A stretch of DNA of 11,963 bases from an uncultured Nitrososphaeraceae archaeon (GTDB taxonomy: Archaea; Thermoproteota; Nitrososphaeria; Nitrososphaerales; Nitrososphaeraceae): positions 1-11,963 of the forward strand of contig CAWGVG010000017.1 in assembly GCA_963825865.1 (NCBI GenBank), given 5' to 3'. The notes under the pieces were generated by a model that worked only from the letters and a program-made list of their open reading frames with translations, had not been told where the DNA came from and searched no databases. A program made the translations under genes and the position numbers. Shown piece after piece: positions 9,173-11,963 of this stretch (its first letter is position 1; each line of letters begins with the position of its first letter).

Positions 9173-9456
9173 TTAGTCTAGAATTTTATCAATTAGATTC
9201 GCGTGATCAGCTTTTACTTCTGTGGTTATGTAAAGAAGGTGGTTATCCCCTAAGGGCATAGTGATACGTCTAATCTTTTCATATTCGGCCAATACATATT
9301 TTGCCTTTCCAATCTTTGGTGCAGCCTCACTTCCTATTTTCCAAGCATTAACAGGCTGTTCAAGTGATCTTCTACTTTCTTGCGATGTTGCGATGTCAGC
9401 AGGTTCTTTACACCTTCTCTATAAGATGAGTACATTATGCTGCCATTTATATCACT
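9173..9456 (-). pseudogene. DUF6659-like (thaumarchaeal roadblock/profilin-like) protein, 5'-truncated and frameshifted
   Basis: Removing one copy of the tandem TGCGATGT (9381-9396) gives [91 protein letters not shown]. The family was assigned by recollection, and the gene is not in the ORF track. Confidence 0.7.
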
Positions 9457-9472
9457 ATTATATTATAATTAT

Positions 9473-10168
9473 ATGACTGATTCACAATTAAGAGATGAAG
9501 TGATGACAATTTTTCTGGCAGGTCATGAAACGACAGCCAATGCACCTACATGGACATTTTATCTATTATCACAAAATCCAACTGTAGAAGATAAACTGTA
9601 TGAAGAATTGTGTTCCATACTTGGTAACACTGGTGATAGTGATAAAGATAGTAGTAGTAACAGCAGTAGTAGTAGCAATAGCATCAGCAATAGTAGTAAG
9701 AAGAGGATTCCAACAGTTGAAGATGTTCCAAAATTAGAATACACTGAAAAGGTCTTTAGAGAATCTATGAGGCTTTATCCTCCGGCATGGACCATAGGAC
9801 GTCAAGCCATAAATGATTATAAGGTTGACAAATATGTCATCCCTGCTGGCTCAATAATTTTGATGAGTCAATATGTAATGCATCATAATCCACGTTACTT
9901 TTCTGACCCTGAGCTTTTTTATCCAGATCGCTGGACCAAAGAGGCAAAAATACATCTTCCTAGGTTTAGTTATTTTCCGTTTGGAGGAGGGATAAGAGGA
10001 TGTATTGGAGAGCCATTTGCTTGGATGGAACGAATACTACTTTTAGCCACGATATGCCATAGCTGGAAGATGCATCATGATCCAGACCACAAGGTTGAAT
10101 TAAAACCACTTATTACATTACGTCCTAAATATGGCATGCGTATGAAGTTAGAACGCAGAAAAGAATGA
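9473..10168 (+). pseudogene. Cytochrome P450, C-terminal half only
   Basis: Contains I-helix AGHETT, K-helix ESMR (ExxR), meander PDRW and heme motif [10 protein letters not shown]. It starts just before helix I, and the upstream DNA is an unrelated opposite-strand gene. Confidence 0.9.
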
Positions 10169-10473
10169 TATAATATAGCAGCTGATTGCATTGTTGTTGT
10201 TGCATAACTTGCTGTTCTGTTGATATCGTTTGACCTATTCGCATTTAGCTTACATACCGTAGTATTGCCAGTACTCAATCTCATAGAGGTAAAATGGATG
10301 TGGCTCCAAAGAAAAGCTATCAACAATAGTTAACTTCTGTTAAGGCGTATATCGCATAGATAAATTCAACAATCAAGTGTAAAGAAAGAGAATTAATCGA
10401 TGTTTTTATTTACATATATTCATAAAAGCATGGATATTGAACATATTTTATTACATGGTTAGTTAGTTAGTGG

Positions 10474-10713
10474 TCAATGCCTTGTGATTGTTTCGCCTAG
10501 CAACTTGGCACTGAAGCAATACCCCCTCGGTCTAGACCTCAACTTTGTGTTACAGCAAGGACACAATACCCCATCAAATTTTATGAATAGATCGCATATT
10601 TGGCAGCGTTTCTGTCCCATTGCGTAGCGGCTATTACCATTAGCATTGCCTCCTTCACCTTTCCTACAAGGTTTGATTGCTTGATACTTTAAACAAATCC
10701 CCTTACAGGCCAT
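10474..10713 (-). CDS. Small Cys-rich putative zinc-binding protein of a thaumarchaeal family
   Basis: MACKGIC..RYAMGQKRCQICDLFIKFDGVLCPCCNTKLRSRPR has the CxxxC, CxxC and CPCC pattern. Confidence 0.85.
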   Translation of the reverse strand: MACKGICLKYQAIKPCRKGEGGNANGNSRYAMGQKRCQICDLFIKFDGVLCPCCNTKLRSRPRGYCFSAKLLGETITRH

Positions 10714-10967
10714 TATTGTTTATCAATCTCAAACACCCGTAACCTCTGGGCTGTTTTAATCTTCCCGTAAACGTTCAACTTGCTGTTAATCCTTGTGGCG
10801 TATAATTCAAGATACTGCTGTGCTTCAGCTTTTGTTGGAAAAATTGCATTACCTCTAAAATATCCATCGGGTCCAATAAAACTGACAGGTTCCCATTTGT
10901 TACTTTGCCTATAGTAACGTTTCAATGCATATAATGTCATATCGCTCTGCTGTCTCCCCCATTCCAT
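10713..10967 (-). CDS. Hypothetical protein, translationally coupled to the Zn protein (start may be ATG at 10940)
   Basis: Its stop overlaps the downstream start by 1 nt (TAATG at 10711-10715, minus strand), and the composition is globular-looking. Confidence 0.6.
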   Translation of the reverse strand: MEWGRQQSDMTLYALKRYYRQSNKWEPVSFIGPDGYFRGNAIFPTKAEAQQYLELYATRINSKLNVYGKIKTAQRLRVFEIDKQ

Positions 10968-11059
10968 TAACGGTGACTCTCTTGCTCGGACTGCTGGGGG
11001 GCCAACCCGATCTTTTGCCAGCTATTGCCTTGACTACTTAGTTCCTGGACTTTGTCCCT

Positions 11060-11166
11060 TCGTGGCCAGTGTGCCGATGGGCAGACCCTGACGAAGTCAC
11101 GAAAGTCGCCTCGTTCCTCGCTTCGGATGACAGCAGTTATGTTGCCAGTATCGAACTGTTCGTCGA
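11060..11166 (+). pseudogene. SDR C-terminal fragment, inverted relative to the copy at 11670-11879
   Basis: [34 protein letters not shown], with a short deletion after MGR, ending before the DGG motif. Confidence 0.88.
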
Positions 11167-11194
11167 ATTTTTTCTTCCTGCTGCAACTTCACCT

Positions 11195-11390
11195 GCTCAG
11201 ATATATGGTAATGATGAATCGGACATAGGTGATGTACCTCCGAGAGAGCGAAATCAAAAGAGAGGAGTCTACATTACCACAAAGGTCTGGAACAATAGCT
11301 ATCAAATAGGATATGACTTATCCTGCAAGCATGCGAGCAGAGCTTGCGGGAGCGGCTTGGGCTTACTTACGTGGACCCCTACCTTATACA
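11195..11390 (+). pseudogene. Aldo/keto reductase internal fragment, frameshifted
   Basis: AQIYGNDESDIG (catalytic Tyr), LRESEIKRE, VYITTKVWN (catalytic Lys) and LQACEQSLRERLGLTYVDPYLI appear across shifting frames. Confidence 0.85.
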
Positions 11391-11475
11391 AGCCATGTGA
11401 CTTACAATCAGGACAGCGATGGCACTTATGTGAGCTGATCACTCTAGAATATTACTAATTTGTGTTATTAATTTT

Positions 11476-11508
11476 TGATTTAACCATGTTAAGTCAGATT
11501 TTTTATAG
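11476..11508 (+). promoter_or_regulatory. Fourth palindrome TTAACCATGTTAA (11480-11492) plus TATA-like box; orphan promoter
   Basis: Exact reverse complement of 6601-6613, extended by TGA..TCA arms. TTTTATAG follows 8 nt later, and an ATG (11545, immediately closed: ATG AAG TAA) lies 52 nt downstream. Confidence 0.5.
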
Positions 11509-11629
11509 TTCATTGTTCTATAGTATACTGTACGGTTTGAATAAATGAAGTAAAAGATAGCCTCACTATTAAGCATGAACTATCAATTGACCAGTCATAA
11601 CAATCTTTAGAAGCACTACCAGGTAGGAC

Positions 11630-11653
11630 ATTATTATTATTATTATTATTATT
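11630..11653. repeat. (ATT)8 microsatellite
   Basis: Counted directly; the homologous flank near 5256-5264 has (ATT)3. Confidence 0.95.
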
Positions 11654-11669
11654 TGTACAAGATACTCAC

Positions 11670-11921
<252 letters not shown>

Positions 11922-11963
11922 TCACTTTAGATAAATCAGCAGTGAAGAATATACAAGGTAAAC

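Noticed and set aside
10198-10207. TGTTGCATAA resembling the outer IS inverted repeat
   Set aside because: It is only 10 bp, lies inside a TTG repeat, lacks the terminal TGCT and has no partner end.
1784-10326. ORFs 1784-1969, 5401-5592 and 10075-10326
   Set aside because: They are short, have non-ATG starts and show no recognisable motif, so they cannot be supported.
10450-10462. ATTACATGGTTAG as a fifth operator site
   Set aside because: It has three mismatches to the consensus and lies downstream of a gene end rather than at the conserved promoter distance.

Overview
AT-rich accessory or decaying region. Its gene families (DUF6659-like, a thaumarchaeal Cys-rich Zn protein, wHTH/HTH families, IS5-type elements) point to an ammonia-oxidising archaeon of the Nitrososphaeraceae type; this is inferred by eye, not from a search. 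From left to right it holds a frameshifted GT4 glycosyltransferase, a DUF1214 remnant, and a nested pair of IS5-family elements (an ISL2-like element inside the transposase of an outer IS5, with both sets of inverted repeats and target duplications visible). Next come an HTH protein and a compact wHTH / two-TM membrane protein / RHH cluster. The rest is a mosaic of gene fragments (three SDR pieces, NmrA-like, NTPase-like, histidine kinase, DUF6659, half a cytochrome P450, aldo/keto reductase) mixed with a few intact small genes. The strongest unexplained signal is a palindrome, TTAAC-N3-GTTAA, found four times and lying 52, 52, 52 and 55 nt upstream of an ATG, which suggests an uncharacterised local regulon. 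No CRISPR array, tRNA or rRNA was recognised.
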